From contig CM075987.1 in assembly GCA_038087875.1 (NCBI GenBank), forward strand, positions 19,036,001 to 19,096,000: a DNA stretch of 60,000 nucleotides, given 5' to 3'. Position numbers and translations under genes: made by a program. This document shows positions 1 through 12,499 of this stretch, piece by piece. The stretch comes from Malacoraja senta. Lineage: Eukaryota. The notes under the pieces are model-generated. The model was not told where the DNA came from, made no database searches, and saw nothing but the letters and a program-made list of their open reading frames with translations. How positions within the stretch are numbered: position 1 is the first letter of the stretch; each line of letters begins with the position of its first letter.

Positions 1-935
1 GTCTCTGAAATAAAATTTCTTGGAGTATTAATTGACAATAAATTAACTTGGAAATCTCACATAAATTATATTAAAGCCAAAACATCCAAATCAATTGCAA
101 TACTGAATAAAGCCAGAGACCTACTAAATCAAGCCTCCCTGTATATGTTGTACTGCTCCCACATACTCCCATACATGATCTACTGTGTGGAGGTATGGGG
201 GAACACATACAAAACAAATACACATCCAATCTTCATCCTCCAAAAAAGAGCAATACGAATTATACATAAAACCATCTACAGACAATCAACAAAACCATTA
301 TTTATCAGACTAAAAACATTAAAATTTCAAGATCTGACAGATTATAAAACTATCCAAATTATGTTCAAAGCAGCAAATCAACAATTGCCTTGTAATATCC
401 AGGGGTTGTTCCAACAGAGAGAAAGCAAACACAACCTGAGAGGAACCTATATATTCGAAAAAACGGCAATAAGAACTAATGCAAAACTCCATTGTGTTAC
501 AGCAAAGGGTGTTAGTCTCTGGAATAACTGCCATGATGAGCTGAAAAAATGTAAGACTCTATTCAAACTAAAAACACTCTTCAGAAACAAAAGATTGAAT
601 GGTTATGAGCTGGACCAGTGATTTTCTTTTCTGTTTGGTTATTTCTTGTTTGTGGACCGTTCAACAGATTTTGGGTCCATTTGTTTCCATTATTTTGTTT
701 TTCCATGAAAATGTTTAGAAAATAAGAGGGGGTAGGACCAGATAAGTTTTCAAACTTCTTCTTACCCCTTTTGAACATGAACGATATTATTTGTATTATT
801 TGAGTTACTTATTTGTTTGTTTTCCTTTGTGTTTTATTTTCTTTTTTATTGCTTATAAGTTTATTTGTGTTTGTATATTTTTTTTAACATGTTCAATAAA
901 TTAATTTAAAAAAATAAAAAAAAAATAAAAAAAAC
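1..935 (+). mobile_element. 3' end of an L2/Crack-clade LINE: RT C-terminus (open 1-621), 3'UTR, AATAAA and A-rich tail
   Basis: VSEIKFLGVLIDNKLTWKSH...YCVEVWGNT...LQKRAIRII...GVSLWN; aataaa near 895 followed by an A-rich tail. Confidence 0.85.
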
Positions 936-3900
936 AGGCGATGGCAGGAATATTATGGAAGGGGTATGCAAGTGACCACACAGCAGCCCACCTACAGATG
1001 GCCAGAGTTAATGAGAAATTCCCGTTCTCACCCACAATGAAAGGTGAACACGAGCCAATATTTATACGGAGAAGAGGCGAAAACAAATAGAAAATGATCA
1101 ATGGACATTGGGATATTCATTAAAACTTGACTGGTTGAGTTACTTCCAGTTAATCAATTTCCAATCGAACATAGCACAAGAACAGATCCCACGATGTCAG
1201 TGCCGAACATGATGCCAAGACTAACTCCCATCTGCCTGCACATAATCCATATCCCTTCGTTCCCTGTACATCCACATGCCTGTGTCATAATGTCGCAAGA
1301 AACTTTTCTGCCCCTTATTGGCCGAGCATCTCTCACACAGATGATTGAAGCTCTATTAAGGTCATAAGGTCAGAAGGCAGAGGATTAGAATTAGGCCATT
1401 CGACCCATCAAGTCTACTCCGCCATTCAATCACGGCTGATCTATCTCTCCCTCCTAACCCCATTCTTCTGCCTTCTCCCCACAACCTCCGACACCTGTAC
1501 AAATCAAAAATCTTTATTGAGCAGAGATTTCAGACAGAAACTGTGTTGAAGGTGAAGAGTTCACCAACCATTGGTTTTTACAACCCCATCTTATGGCTTT
1601 CCCAATATCGATCGATCGATCGATCAATAGAACATGGAATCCGAACCTTTGGCCCACCAAATCACTTTTTCACACTAGTTCCATGTTATCCCATTTTCGC
1701 ATCCACTCCCTACACGTTAGGAGCAAATTAGCAGCCAATTAACCTACAAACTCACATGTTTTTAAGAACATTTAACATAGAAAAGTACAGCACAGGAACA
1801 GGCCTTTCGGCCCTCCAACATTTGACATTTCCACGTTTGGAAAAAGGAACTGACCATCTACACTATCTATGCCTCATAATTTTTTAAGCTTCTGTCAAGG
1901 TCTCACCTTAGCCTTCAAATTGCAGAGAAGACAGTCTACATTTGTCCAAACATAAGTAACAATATTTTTTCCTTAGCATTCGTAACTCAACCAAGACAAT
2001 TCATAGGTTCATTTACCAGACACATTTTAACATCAATCAATATTCAGGCGAGTGAGAGAAGGCGTGGTCAAAGTGGTAAGGTTTGAGGAGAATCTTTGAG
2101 GAAGAGTGAGAGGCAAAGTAATGAAGGAATTCCTAAGTCTGGGGTCCTAGATGGAGCACCAAAGACTCTGTAGAGCCTGGTCTGTGGGTAGTGTCGTGGG
2201 AGCTGTTTCAAACATAGTCCACAGTCCTATGGAGCCAAACTCTCAGGATAATTGGAGAGCACAGGTGAGAATTTTACAACCAAAACAACAACAGATTGGA
2301 AGCCAATTTTGGCAGTATAGATAGGAATAGTGTGTAGTTCAGATTATGTAAAACAAAACAATTCACTGTACAATCTCTGGAAATAAAATAAGAATTCAGA
2401 ATGGCATAAAAAAGTGCAGGACCTGCAGGTTTGCACCAAGGGGAAAAAAAGTGCCACGCTGCCATCATGTGGACAAAAGGTATACTGCAAACTCTTTTCC
2501 CATTATACTCCCTTTCCTCTTCCCATACTGACTCTCCTGTCCTGGGCCTCCTCCACTGCCAGAGCGGGGCCACACGCACGTTGTGTACTACAAACATTGG
2601 ACAAATGGCCTCAAAAAGGAATTCATAATAATTTCTCGCCTTTCACATCTGTCGGAGATACTAAAATGGTTTGCAGCCAGTGAAGAATGATTGACGTGTA
2701 GTAGTTGCTGTTATAAAGAGAATTGTAGCCATCAATTTGCATACAGCAAACATCCCCAATGACCTGATATACCTGCACATTAACTTTCTAATCAATATGA
2801 AAGTTCCAGAGGTCCTTCACAATATCAGCTATATCCAAACGCTCACATCTCCTAAAGAAAATAGTTTTCTAATTCTTCTAAACAGTGGACAATTTTACTC
2901 TTCCCAGTATTTTTGTGGACAGTTTGGTGCCAGAACGCACGTTTAACAAACATACGTCACACTGCCAGAAAATGAAATAATGATGTTTTAATTTTTAGAG
3001 GTGTAGACCTTAACAAAGAGCTCCATCATCAATTCTTCCTAAACTATTGTTCATTTTACCATTATACTTTATACTGAATATCCTCCGCCAATTTACAGGC
3101 ACACAGAAGCATGAAGCATTTGGAAATAAGCCCTAATTGGATATTGTGCACCCATTCTAAGCCAATCCTATTTTTGTTTGCTATCGCATCCCCTCTCACG
3201 TGCCGTTTAAAGTCTTAACCATCTGAGGGCAGGGTCTCGCATTGAGGGGTTCTGGGGTAGTTGATGCAGATTTTGCTGCAGAGCAGACAAATTTGATTCA
3301 TAAGTCAAATTGTGGGTCTTTTGGGAGATTGTGCACCTCCTTCCATCTGTTGCACTGTGCCAAACCCCAATGCATGGAATGAGGGTGGTCAGTGTCATCT
3401 GGAATGCCACGATTCTGGACAAGAGATTCCCTGGAGCTGCACTCACTCAAGGACATGTTAAGCACATGATTGGATCAGTTCCTTCATCCACCTAGTAATC
3501 TCTTCTTTAGGATAGAATAGCTGATGTCGACATATTAATGTCCTGGACTGCCCCAAAAAGGCGACTGTGTATGCGACTGAAACCCAAGCAGCATTTCTGG
3601 TCGGTCACACCCTGCAGCTCAAACAATCCATAGATGTGGTGGACAGTCAGAATGCTTTTCCCGGGATGGAGAAATCAAATACTATAAGGTATAGTTTTAA
3701 GGTGAGAAGGGCCAAGTTTAAAGGAGATGAGCAGGATAAGTTGGGTTTTTTTAAACCACATGACAAAGGATGGCGAGTCCCTGGAACATGCTACTGGAGG
3801 TGGTGGTTGAGGCTGATATGATGGTGGCATTCAAGAGATTTGTGGATGGGCACATGGATACACAGAGAATGGAGGGATATGTATTATGTACAGAGACAAG

Positions 3901-4105
3901 ATTTGGTCTTTGTCAGATCCTCACCTTGATCCAAGTCTTGGCATCCTGTTCCGTGCAGACATCGTGGGCTGAAGGGCCTGTTCATGTGCCTCACTGCTCT
4001 ATGATCTAACCCATTGGTTCTTGTCCGAGTCCCAATCCAACACCACAGAGAGTTTGCCCCTCGTCCTCAGGACAGAGTTGACAAGTGATCGGCGTAACAT
4101 TTACA

Positions 4106-4440
4106 TCAGTCGGCACGCTTGGTGGTGTGACCAGGCAAGCATTTGGGACACGCTGCCATTCCACGGTCACTAGCCAACGTGACTGTGGCATCAGGTCCCA
4201 CAAGCCTACCCAAGCCATCTCCGCTCCATTGGTCACTGCTGCATGTTCCTGGACCTGACAGAGTCCCTTTCTCCACACCCAATCTCTTCACTTCATCCTC
4301 AGTTCGGCCGCTGAGGGCATTGGCCATGGATCGAAGGGCCTCGAGGCGCTACTGCTTGTTCCTGTACTCAAAGAACGAATGGAAGGCGATGTTGCCACTC
4401 ACTTCCCGCTCCCGTGTTGCAAGGAGCTGATTAGTGAGCA
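4106..4440 (-). pseudogene. Disabled partial duplicate of exon 11 (copy of about 6592-6938)
   Basis: High nucleotide identity to 6592-6938; CAG->TAG stop at 4349-4351 and an 11-nt net deletion causing a frameshift. Confidence 0.85.
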
Positions 4441-5366
4441 TCAGAATGGCATTAGAGAATCTGCCGAGCCAATGTTATCTAGTGTTTAAGACAGTCACTG
4501 GGCACTCTCCTCCCCACTGGCCAAGGTTAGCCTCAAGGATGCTAATGAACTAATGAGCAAAGGCAGGAGAATGGGGTTGAGAGGGAAAGATAGATCAGCC
4601 ATGATTGAATGGTGGAGTGGACTCCATGAGCTGAATGGCATAATTCTGCTCCCAGAACTAATGACCTGCACATGTTGCCCCTCTAGTGGCACCTGGGATA
4701 GTTATAGTCAGTCAGCAGAGCTGAAGTAAGTTACCTGGCCATTATCACATTGCTTTTTGTGAGAACTTGGGGCAGTGTTTCTAACAACAACAATCACACT
4801 TCAGAGGAAACTTATTGCCTGTAAAATACTTTGAAATCAAAAGCTAAAACATGTAGACATTGGATATTCCAAATAAAATCAAAATGCTAGAAATACTCAG
4901 CAGGTCAGGCAGCATCGATGGAGAAATAAGCAGAGATGGTGCATCAGATTAACACTTTATCATCAGAACTTTCATAGCAGGTCACGAGGTTGAATCTGAA
5001 GAAAGGTCCCGACCCAAAACGGCACCTGTCCATTCCCTCCACAGATGCTGCCGTAGCCACTGAGTTCCTTCAGCATTTTACATTTTCCTATATCATATTA
5101 AGATTTGTTCTTCGGGTGAAATGCAAGATTCAAGATTCCTTTATTGAAAAAAAAAAAAACCCTCCCATGCATTAATTATTCCAACTATCTCACACTGCCG
5201 GAACAATTCACTTTTATATGCTGCCTTGAACAGAGCCGCAACATCTCACATTGCATCCTAGCAATGCCACCATTGTGATACGATGTCATGAGCTTGTTGC
5301 AAAAGGATTGGGTTTAGAAGCTAGTGTCTGCAACAAGGAGCTTCAGTTACAGTCTATCTGCTTTAC

Positions 5367-5496
5367 CTACTGCCCAGGAATGTGGTCTCAGGTTGGTCTG
5401 CATCAGAAGTAGTTCCATCCACACACGCTTTCCGTTCCAACTGATGGTCTCCTTGACGGATGGTCCCCAGAGCATCATCGCACACATCTCCCAACC
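5367..5496 (-). CDS. CCDC187: CCDC187-like coding exon 12 (GLGDVCDDALG...TFLGS)
   Basis: Strong polypyrimidine tract ttccttttgcctttgttctcag|, open in phase 1, donor TAG|gtaaag (alternative donor A|gtaggt after 5371). Confidence 0.65.
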
Positions 5497-6349
5497 CTGA
5501 GAACAAAGGCAAAAGGAAAAGTCAATCCACCAACTGCAATCACACAGGGCCGGAGCTCAGCAAACCTAACAACTGATTCCAGGATCTTGGTAAAAAATAT
5601 TTCATTTGGGTTATCAGATTCTGGTCACATGCCAGGGAGAAAAAGGAAATGAGGATGATGGAGAATTCATGATGAGTTTCTCCAGCATTTTTGTCTACCT
5701 TCGATTTTCCAGCATCTGCAGTTCCTTCTTAAACATGAGGTTGATGGATCTGTCACCTCAATTCAAGTTGCTTTCAAGGGACAATTCCAAGTTATTGGAA
5801 AAGCAATTTCATTCTAAGATATGAATCACACTTTTCTTTTCTTTGCTTCTAATCCCATCACAAGGAGAGGGAGATGGTTCTCCATGGCTTAGACACACTT
5901 TCAGGTACCACAACCCAACAGGAAATGTTGGAAAAACAGCGTAAAACCTAAATGCAACACACAAACTCCTTCAGTGAGCAGATCTAGCTGAAGAAGGGTC
6001 TCTCCAGAGATGCTGCCTGACCCGCTGAGTTACTCCAGCTTTTTGTACCTATTTTCCTATACACATCGTCCTTCCATTCTGGAACATGGACAGGCCTGCT
6101 TGTGACTCCAATCTTTCACTTCATGATACACACCTTCCATGCAAGTCACCCTGTTGTATATACAGTACCTTTGCCAGAGGATACAGCACCTTCAGTTGCT
6201 TAGGGCAACAGGATTGCAGGTGGCACCAACATCTCCAGAGAAAGTGAAACAGAAGTATCAGACTCTGCTGAAACCAGAGGGACCATGCGAGGTAAATGGG
6301 GAGAAAAGCCAGAGGAAGCTGGGCTCAAGCACATAATAACTTGTCCTAC

Positions 6350-7068
6350 CTTTCTCTGCATCCAGCAGCCATTTACTTGACCCATTGGGATTGCAGACCA
6401 GTTCACGTTCTGTTAAAGGTTCAGAGTCACTCCACAGGAAGTCACCACTCTGAGAAGAGGGACTGTGCAGCAGGTCGTCCACCAGTTCCTTAACTTCCAG
6501 GTCACTTCCAGTCCCAGCACACCTGTTGTGTGATCTCTCAGCTTCTACTTGGCCTCCACTCTTGTGCGGAGATTTGGGCAGGAGACTGAAGTCAGTCGGC
6601 ACACTTGGTGGTGTGACCAGGCAAGCACTTGGGACACTCTGCCATTCCATTCCATGGTCATGGTCACAAGCCAACGTGACTGTGGCATCAGGTCCCACAA
6701 GTCTACCCAAGCCATCTCCACTCCATTGGTCACTGCCACATGCTCCTGGGCCTGACAGAGTCCCTTTCTCCACACCCAATCTCTTCACTTCATCCTCAAT
6801 TCGGCCGGTGAGGGCATTGGCCATGGATCGCAGGGCCTTGAGGCGCTGCTGCTTGTTCCTGTACTCAAAGGCCGAGTGGGAGGTGATGTTGCCACTCGCT
6901 TCCTGCTCCCGTGTTGCAAGGGGCCGATTAGTGAGCAGTGGAAAGGATGGAGGCTTTGATGAACAACGATGTGGTTCCAGGTCTTGAACTTTCAGAGGGC
7001 TGCACTGTCCAGGCAGTGAGTTGTGAAATGGCCCCGTGAGATAGTGAGTCAAGCCAACAGGAGCTGCA
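6350..7068 (-). CDS. CCDC187: CCDC187-like coding exon 11 (RLKALRSMANALTGRIEDEVKRLG)
   Basis: Lies inside the 281-aa ORF; ttgttacacag| acceptor, AAG|gtagga donor, 719 nt, phase 2->1; resembles CEP350 RIEALKATAASLSSRIESEAKKL. Confidence 0.85.
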
Positions 7069-8174
7069 CTGTGTAACAAAAGACATATCTTTACATAAAG
7101 CACAACATTTAAAAAATTCCAATTGACCAGAAACTTATTGTGGAATTACATTTGCACTCCATAATGAATTTTAAAGACTGCAAATGCTAGAAATCTGAAA
7201 GAAAGGCGGCAACCGTTGATTGATTCAAAGATACAGTATGCAAACAGTGTATTTGGCCCACTAAGTCCATGCCAATCATCATCACCCATTCACACTAGTT
7301 CTATGTTATCCCACTATCTTATCCATTACTTACACATGAAAAGCAATTTTAGAGACCAATTAACCTACAAAGCCACAAGTCTTTGGGATGTGGAAGGAAA
7401 CCAGAGCACAAAGTGCTGGAGTAACTCAGCAGGTCAGGCAGCATCTCTGGAGGATGTGGATAGGCGACGCTTTGGGTCGGGACCTTTCTCCAGACGCAGA
7501 GTTACTCCAGCACTGTGTATTCCAGCATCTGCAAGATTCTAGCATTTGCATTCCTCGTGGCTACTCCTTGCTCTGACTTCACTCAGGCCCTGCTCCAATC
7601 TCTGCTCTTTTCCACTCTGAAGAGTGAAGCACAAGAAACAGAACTAAGCAGGAAACTGAATTCTTGGAGTGACCCTTGGCCAGCATGTTGCACGCTGCAG
7701 GGGCAACCAAAGGAGTCTGCAATTAAACAGAATTAAAATCAGGTAAAACAGTTTGAGAACCCAATCAATTAATGTGAAGGCTGTAATTGGCACGTGACTG
7801 GCCATGATTGAAGGCTTTGCAAGACTGAGAATAAGAGTACATCCAGCTTCAGTGCAGATGTTCAACAAGGGAATGGATAAGCTTGGAGCAGGAACAATTT
7901 TCAGAACCTTTTACCCCAGAATGGAAATGTCAAAGATTAGAAGACATAGCTTTAAGTTGAGAGGAACAAAGTTTAAAGGAAACGTGTGGGGCAAGTTTAT
8001 TTTTCTTTACCCAGACCACGGTGTGTGCCTGAAATATGCTGTCAGGGATAGTAGTACAAGCAGATACAATGGTGATGTTTGAGAGGCTTTTAGGTAGGCA
8101 CATGGAATCATATTTGGCACAGACATTGTGGGCTGAAGAGTTTGTTCCTGTGCTGCACTGTTCTATGTTCTATT

Positions 8175-8520
8175 AATTAATAATCTCTCAGCTCAGCGCA
8201 GGGTACACTCAGTAACTGCTCGTCACAGTGGGTGAAGTACACTTTCTGCACCTCCTCATATACTGCCAGGCCCATACGAGTGCCAATGCAATCTCGTTTG
8301 ATTCATTCATCATGCGAGTGAGGGGCTATCTCTAAAACTGTCACATTATGAAAGGTACGGCATTAACTCCAGACCCTGGTCAAGCTTCCCAGTGTATCAT
8401 TGATAAGGCATCACAGGGTAAGTCACTAAACCAAGACCTTCTCTGCCCTCTCACGGCTATCGTGCAGAAGAGCAGAGGAGCAGGAAGCCTCAGCCCCTCT
8501 GGCTTCAAGTCACCATGGTC
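8175..8520 (-). mobile_element. Old SINE, AmnSINE1-like
   Basis: Minus strand gatagcccctcactcgcatgatgaat...gagattgcattggcac resembles AmnSINE1 from memory. Confidence 0.4.
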
Positions 8521-8745
8521 GGAGCTGAACTTGGACCATTTTCCTCCTTGACCAGCACTGTGGAGTATTCACTTTCTTCTGCTGCATTGAGTTAAGCCAA
8601 CTATGACAGCGCAACACCACAGATAATGCTGTCCCGATTCCTGCTGCTTGCTCCTTCATCCGATGATGCGTTTGCTCATGTAATCTGTGGGAGGAATATT
8701 AATACAATTTTTCGCAACCCCAGACATGGCTCCAGTAAACCATAC

Positions 8746-8828
8746 CTTTCCTCCAAGTGTCCAGACTCTGGCCTGCCCTTTGTTGCTGCCCGATCTGTTA
8801 TCAGTGGAGCCGACCCCAAATTCTTCCC
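8746..8828 (-). CDS. CCDC187: CCDC187-like coding exon 10 (GKNLGSAPL...HLEE)
   Basis: cttctacctcccag| acceptor, AAG|gtatgg donor, 83 nt; supplies the phase 0->2 link needed between exons 9 and 11. Confidence 0.65.
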
Positions 8829-9059
8829 CTGGGAGGTAGAAGTGAGAAGTTCAATAGTCAGTTACAAATTCCAGCACAAGAACACACGGTGTACAAGAAC
8901 ATTGGCGGTTTTAGTCAAACAACTTCAGCCAAGTTACAACAACATCCGGAAAAAAGTTACTGGCTGCAGATATTATTGCAGTAAAGAACACCGAGTGAGG
9001 CACCAGTTCATAAGGAACATACAGCCCCTGGGGTCGGTTCCACCATTCCCCAGCATGAG

Positions 9060-10160
9060 TCAAGGATCGTTGTACAGGGGAGAAATAGCACACCTGGTTG
9101 ACTGGTGCCACGGCAACAACATCTTGCTCAACATGAACAAAAACTAGGAACAATCACCAACTTCAGAGAGGGGGAGTTGGGAGACCATGCACCAGTTTTC
9201 ACTGGTGGACTAGAGATGAGAGCAAATTGGCAGCTTCAAATTCCTGAATGTCAACATTTCAGATGAGCTGTCCTGAGCCCAGCGTGTGGATGTAATCATG
9301 AAGAAAGTGCACCAGCACCTCTACTTTCTGAAAGGTTTAGATTAGACACCTCATCAAATAGGCTAACAAACATCTACAGATGCACTGTGGGAAGGAGACA
9401 CAAAAAGCTGGAGTAACTCAGCGGGACAGGCAGCATCTCTGGAGAGAAGGAATGGGTGAGGTTTCGGGTCGAGACCCTTCTTCAGACCCGACCCAAAACG
9501 TCACCCATTCCTTCTCTCCAAAGATGCTGCCTGACCCGCTGAGTTACACCAGCTTTTTGTATCTTAGGTTTAAACCAGCATCTGCAGTACCTTCCTACAC
9601 TGTAGGAAGTATCCTGACTAGTTACATTATGTTATGACTAGTTACATTAGTCACATTATGGCCTGATTTAGGAATTCAAACGTGTAGGATTGCTGCAAGA
9701 GGATGCAGAGAGTGGTGGACAAAGCCCAGTCCATCACCAACACAACAATCCTCATCAAGAAGGCAACATCTAACAAAGGATCCCACAACCTAGACAATGC
9801 CCTCTTCTCAGTTACCTTCGGGCAGGAAGTACAGAAGTACCACACCACCAGGTTCAGTAACAGCTACTTTCCTATAATCATCAGGTTCTTGAACCAACCT
9901 TCATCTAATCAAATTCAACCTCGGCAACAGAACACTATGGACCACCTCTTGCACTTGCATGAACATGCTTTATAATTGTTGTGCACTAATGTTTTATGTT
10001 TGCACGGCGTTTTCCTTTTAAATATCTCGTATAATGAATGCATAATTTTTTATTGTGTGTTGTCCATCTTCTACATGCCAGTGATGCTGCAGCAAGCAAG
10101 ATTTTCATTGTACTTGTACCTCACCATATTAATGTATATGACCATAAACTTGACATTCAA
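9060..10160 (+). mobile_element. Decayed Rex1-like LINE 3' part, interrupted by a Penelope pLTR hairpin element
   Basis: EIAHLVDWCHGNNILLN, QRVVDKAQSIT and TTRFSNSYFP fragments; tail tatgaccataaacttgac. Confidence 0.75.
9395..9597. mobile_element. Inverted pLTR hairpin element with a 12-bp TSD
   Basis: cactgtgggaag at 9383-9394 and cactgtaggaag at 9598-9609; internal inverted arms. Confidence 0.75.
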
Positions 10161-10503
10161 TGTAAAAGCAATGAATTTGTCTTCAAATTTCCCATCAGAA
10201 CCCAATATGAAGAGGTTTTCAGAATGGACAAGCTATAGATTTTCACCAAGTGGATTGTTTTTTGATAATACATTTGGACAGCCAAGGTGTAACTTTAAGG
10301 TAACACTGTCCCTTCATTCTGGATTCATCCACAAGGGGCAAAAGTTTTTCTTAACGGAATCATTTAATCTTCTTGAACAATTTGATAACAACTTCTACAC
10401 CCAAAGAAATATAAACCAAGGCTGATACAATCTAATGGAAATATTTGGTCAAATTTGATAATTGAAAATGGGTGAAACTATATTCTGAGGGGCAGGAACT
10501 TAC

Positions 10504-11243
10504 TGGCTTTGTAGAATCCCGATACCCATCCACAAAGTGCTGAGCAGGCAGAGAGCCTCGCTGCTTCCATCTCCTCTGCTTGGAGACAGCCTCCTTCTGC
10601 TTCCTGTAGACTTCCTGCAGTCTCCTCTTCTTCATCTCCATGGCCTGCCTTGCTGACCGTTTCCTTTCACTCTCCTTCCTTTTGTGCTTGACCATCTGCC
10701 TGGTCATGTACTCACGGACCTCATCCATGTTGTAACTCCGGGCCACAGGGAATTGTGTTTGGTCTTCCATCTTTGCTTTGTTCTGCAGTGGGCTGGAGGA
10801 ACTTGCTCTACACCTCGGAAACAAAGGTCGTTTCTCGGCTCCTAAATGATGTTTCTGTTTCATAACACTATCGGTTGGCGAGCTGTTGCTCCAACGGTTT
10901 GGGCCAACTTGCTCATCTTCAGGAGATAAAAGCCGTTTGTGTCCCTTAGGAGTCACAAAGCTCTTCTGACCATCTTCTCCAGACTTTCCCTCAAGGCTTT
11001 CACCACCATCTCCCATCTTCCAAGGGATGTCTTGGTTCATTGCAGCTGTTTTTTTCAACTGAGAACCCTCCAAGGATATATTTACCTGCATGGATTCTAG
11101 ACGTGGCTGTACAGCATCCAATGATCCAATTTTCATGGAATTATAATGTTTTTCATCCTCGTTTGCAAAATAAAGTCTTCGCCTCGGGCTCTTTACAAAA
11201 GGGGTTGATCTTGCATCTTCCATGGGATTTTTGACTTGCTCAC
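10504..11243 (-). CDS. CCDC187: CCDC187-like coding exon 9 (YNMDEVREYMTRQ...KKRRLQEVYRKQKEA coiled coil)
   Basis: Lies inside the 314-aa ORF; ataacacag| acceptor, CCA|gtaagt donor, 740 nt, phase 1->0; resembles CEP350 YDTDEVRQYI...KRLQELYRKQKEA. Confidence 0.85.
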
Positions 11244-12499
11244 CTGTGTTATCAAACAAAAAATCACCACAAATTACATTGAAGTGCTGCATTACCAGCA
11301 GGGAATATGAAACAAGAAAAAAAAACGTGGGTAGGACCGACACAGAGCTAGGAAAGTTTCCAGGGTTTTGGGACATTTACATCTTGGAAAACTCATTAAA
11401 AGGATTAAATACATCATAACATTAATTGCTATTTTAATAACAGATTTATTATTTTCTATACAGGGTCTCCAAACTATACCCGATTCAAGGCAAGTTCCAA
11501 CAGAAATCCCACCACACACCTACAACTAAAACATCCTTTCAATTAACGTCTGCTCGGTGCATTCAAAAGAATGTTAAAAAAAAAGAACTATTCGCACTGG
11601 ATCCTTAATGCCAATCTGAGAATTCATTATACATTCAGAGGGATACCAATTTACTCTCTAATAAACATTCTGGAAGATATTTGCAGCCGTTATGAGTATC
11701 TTTATTGCTGAATGACATCCAGCTCTTGCTAAGGTATTGCTAATATTACACAAATAGCACAAGCAGTTTCTCAAGTCACACACTGCTGATTTCCACTCAC
11801 TCTTTACCACCAGTTTTATGCACAAACATGTGCAACAGAACTAGATGTAGAACTAGATGCCAACTTTAATGGAGCCCATCACTTAGCAAGCAATTGAAAC
11901 AGGTTAAAAATCTCCCAGAGCCATGCGGCACATTGCCGATACGCAGAGGTATTAAGGGAGTTACAATAGTTTGAATCGCACGCAAACAAAAGTTTCTCAC
12001 GCTACCTCGATACACGTGACGATAATTGGTATTGGTTTATTATTGTCACATGTACCGAGGTAGAGCGAAAAACTTGTTTCTGTGCTACCCAATTCAATCA
12101 GACCATACTCTACACAAGTACAATCAAGCCATACACAAGCACAGCATGTACTGCAAAGAGAATAATACCAGAGAGCAGCATATAGTTTTACAGTATTGTA
12201 GCGTTACAGTTCCAGAGAAAAGGTTCAATGTCCATAATGAGGTAGGTTGGAAGATCGAGACTACACGCTAATTTATGGAAGGATCATACAGCAATTTGAT
12301 AATAGATAACAACTGCTAACAATTGATGATAACTGACAACAAATAATAATAATTATTATTATTTTTTAAATTTATTTATTAGAAGCAAATGTACACGAGT
12401 AGAACAAAAGGCATATAAAATTATACAGTTAATGTACAGCTTCAATTTGAACTTTTTAGCTTTAAAATAAAGGAAAAGAAAAGAGAAAGAACAAGAGAG

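Noticed and set aside
2430..3500. Possible further downstream exons (about 3220-3450 and 2490-2588, minus)
   Set aside because: Splice sites are weak or ambiguous and I could not fix a frame, so they are not called
6168..6268. Acceptor and donor pair just after exon 11
   Set aside because: The required phase-1 frame hits TAA at 6200-6202
7560..7617. Good acceptor followed by SGKEQRLEQGLSEVRA on the minus strand
   Set aside because: No phase-compatible donor before a stop inside a repeat; 8746-8828 fits the model instead
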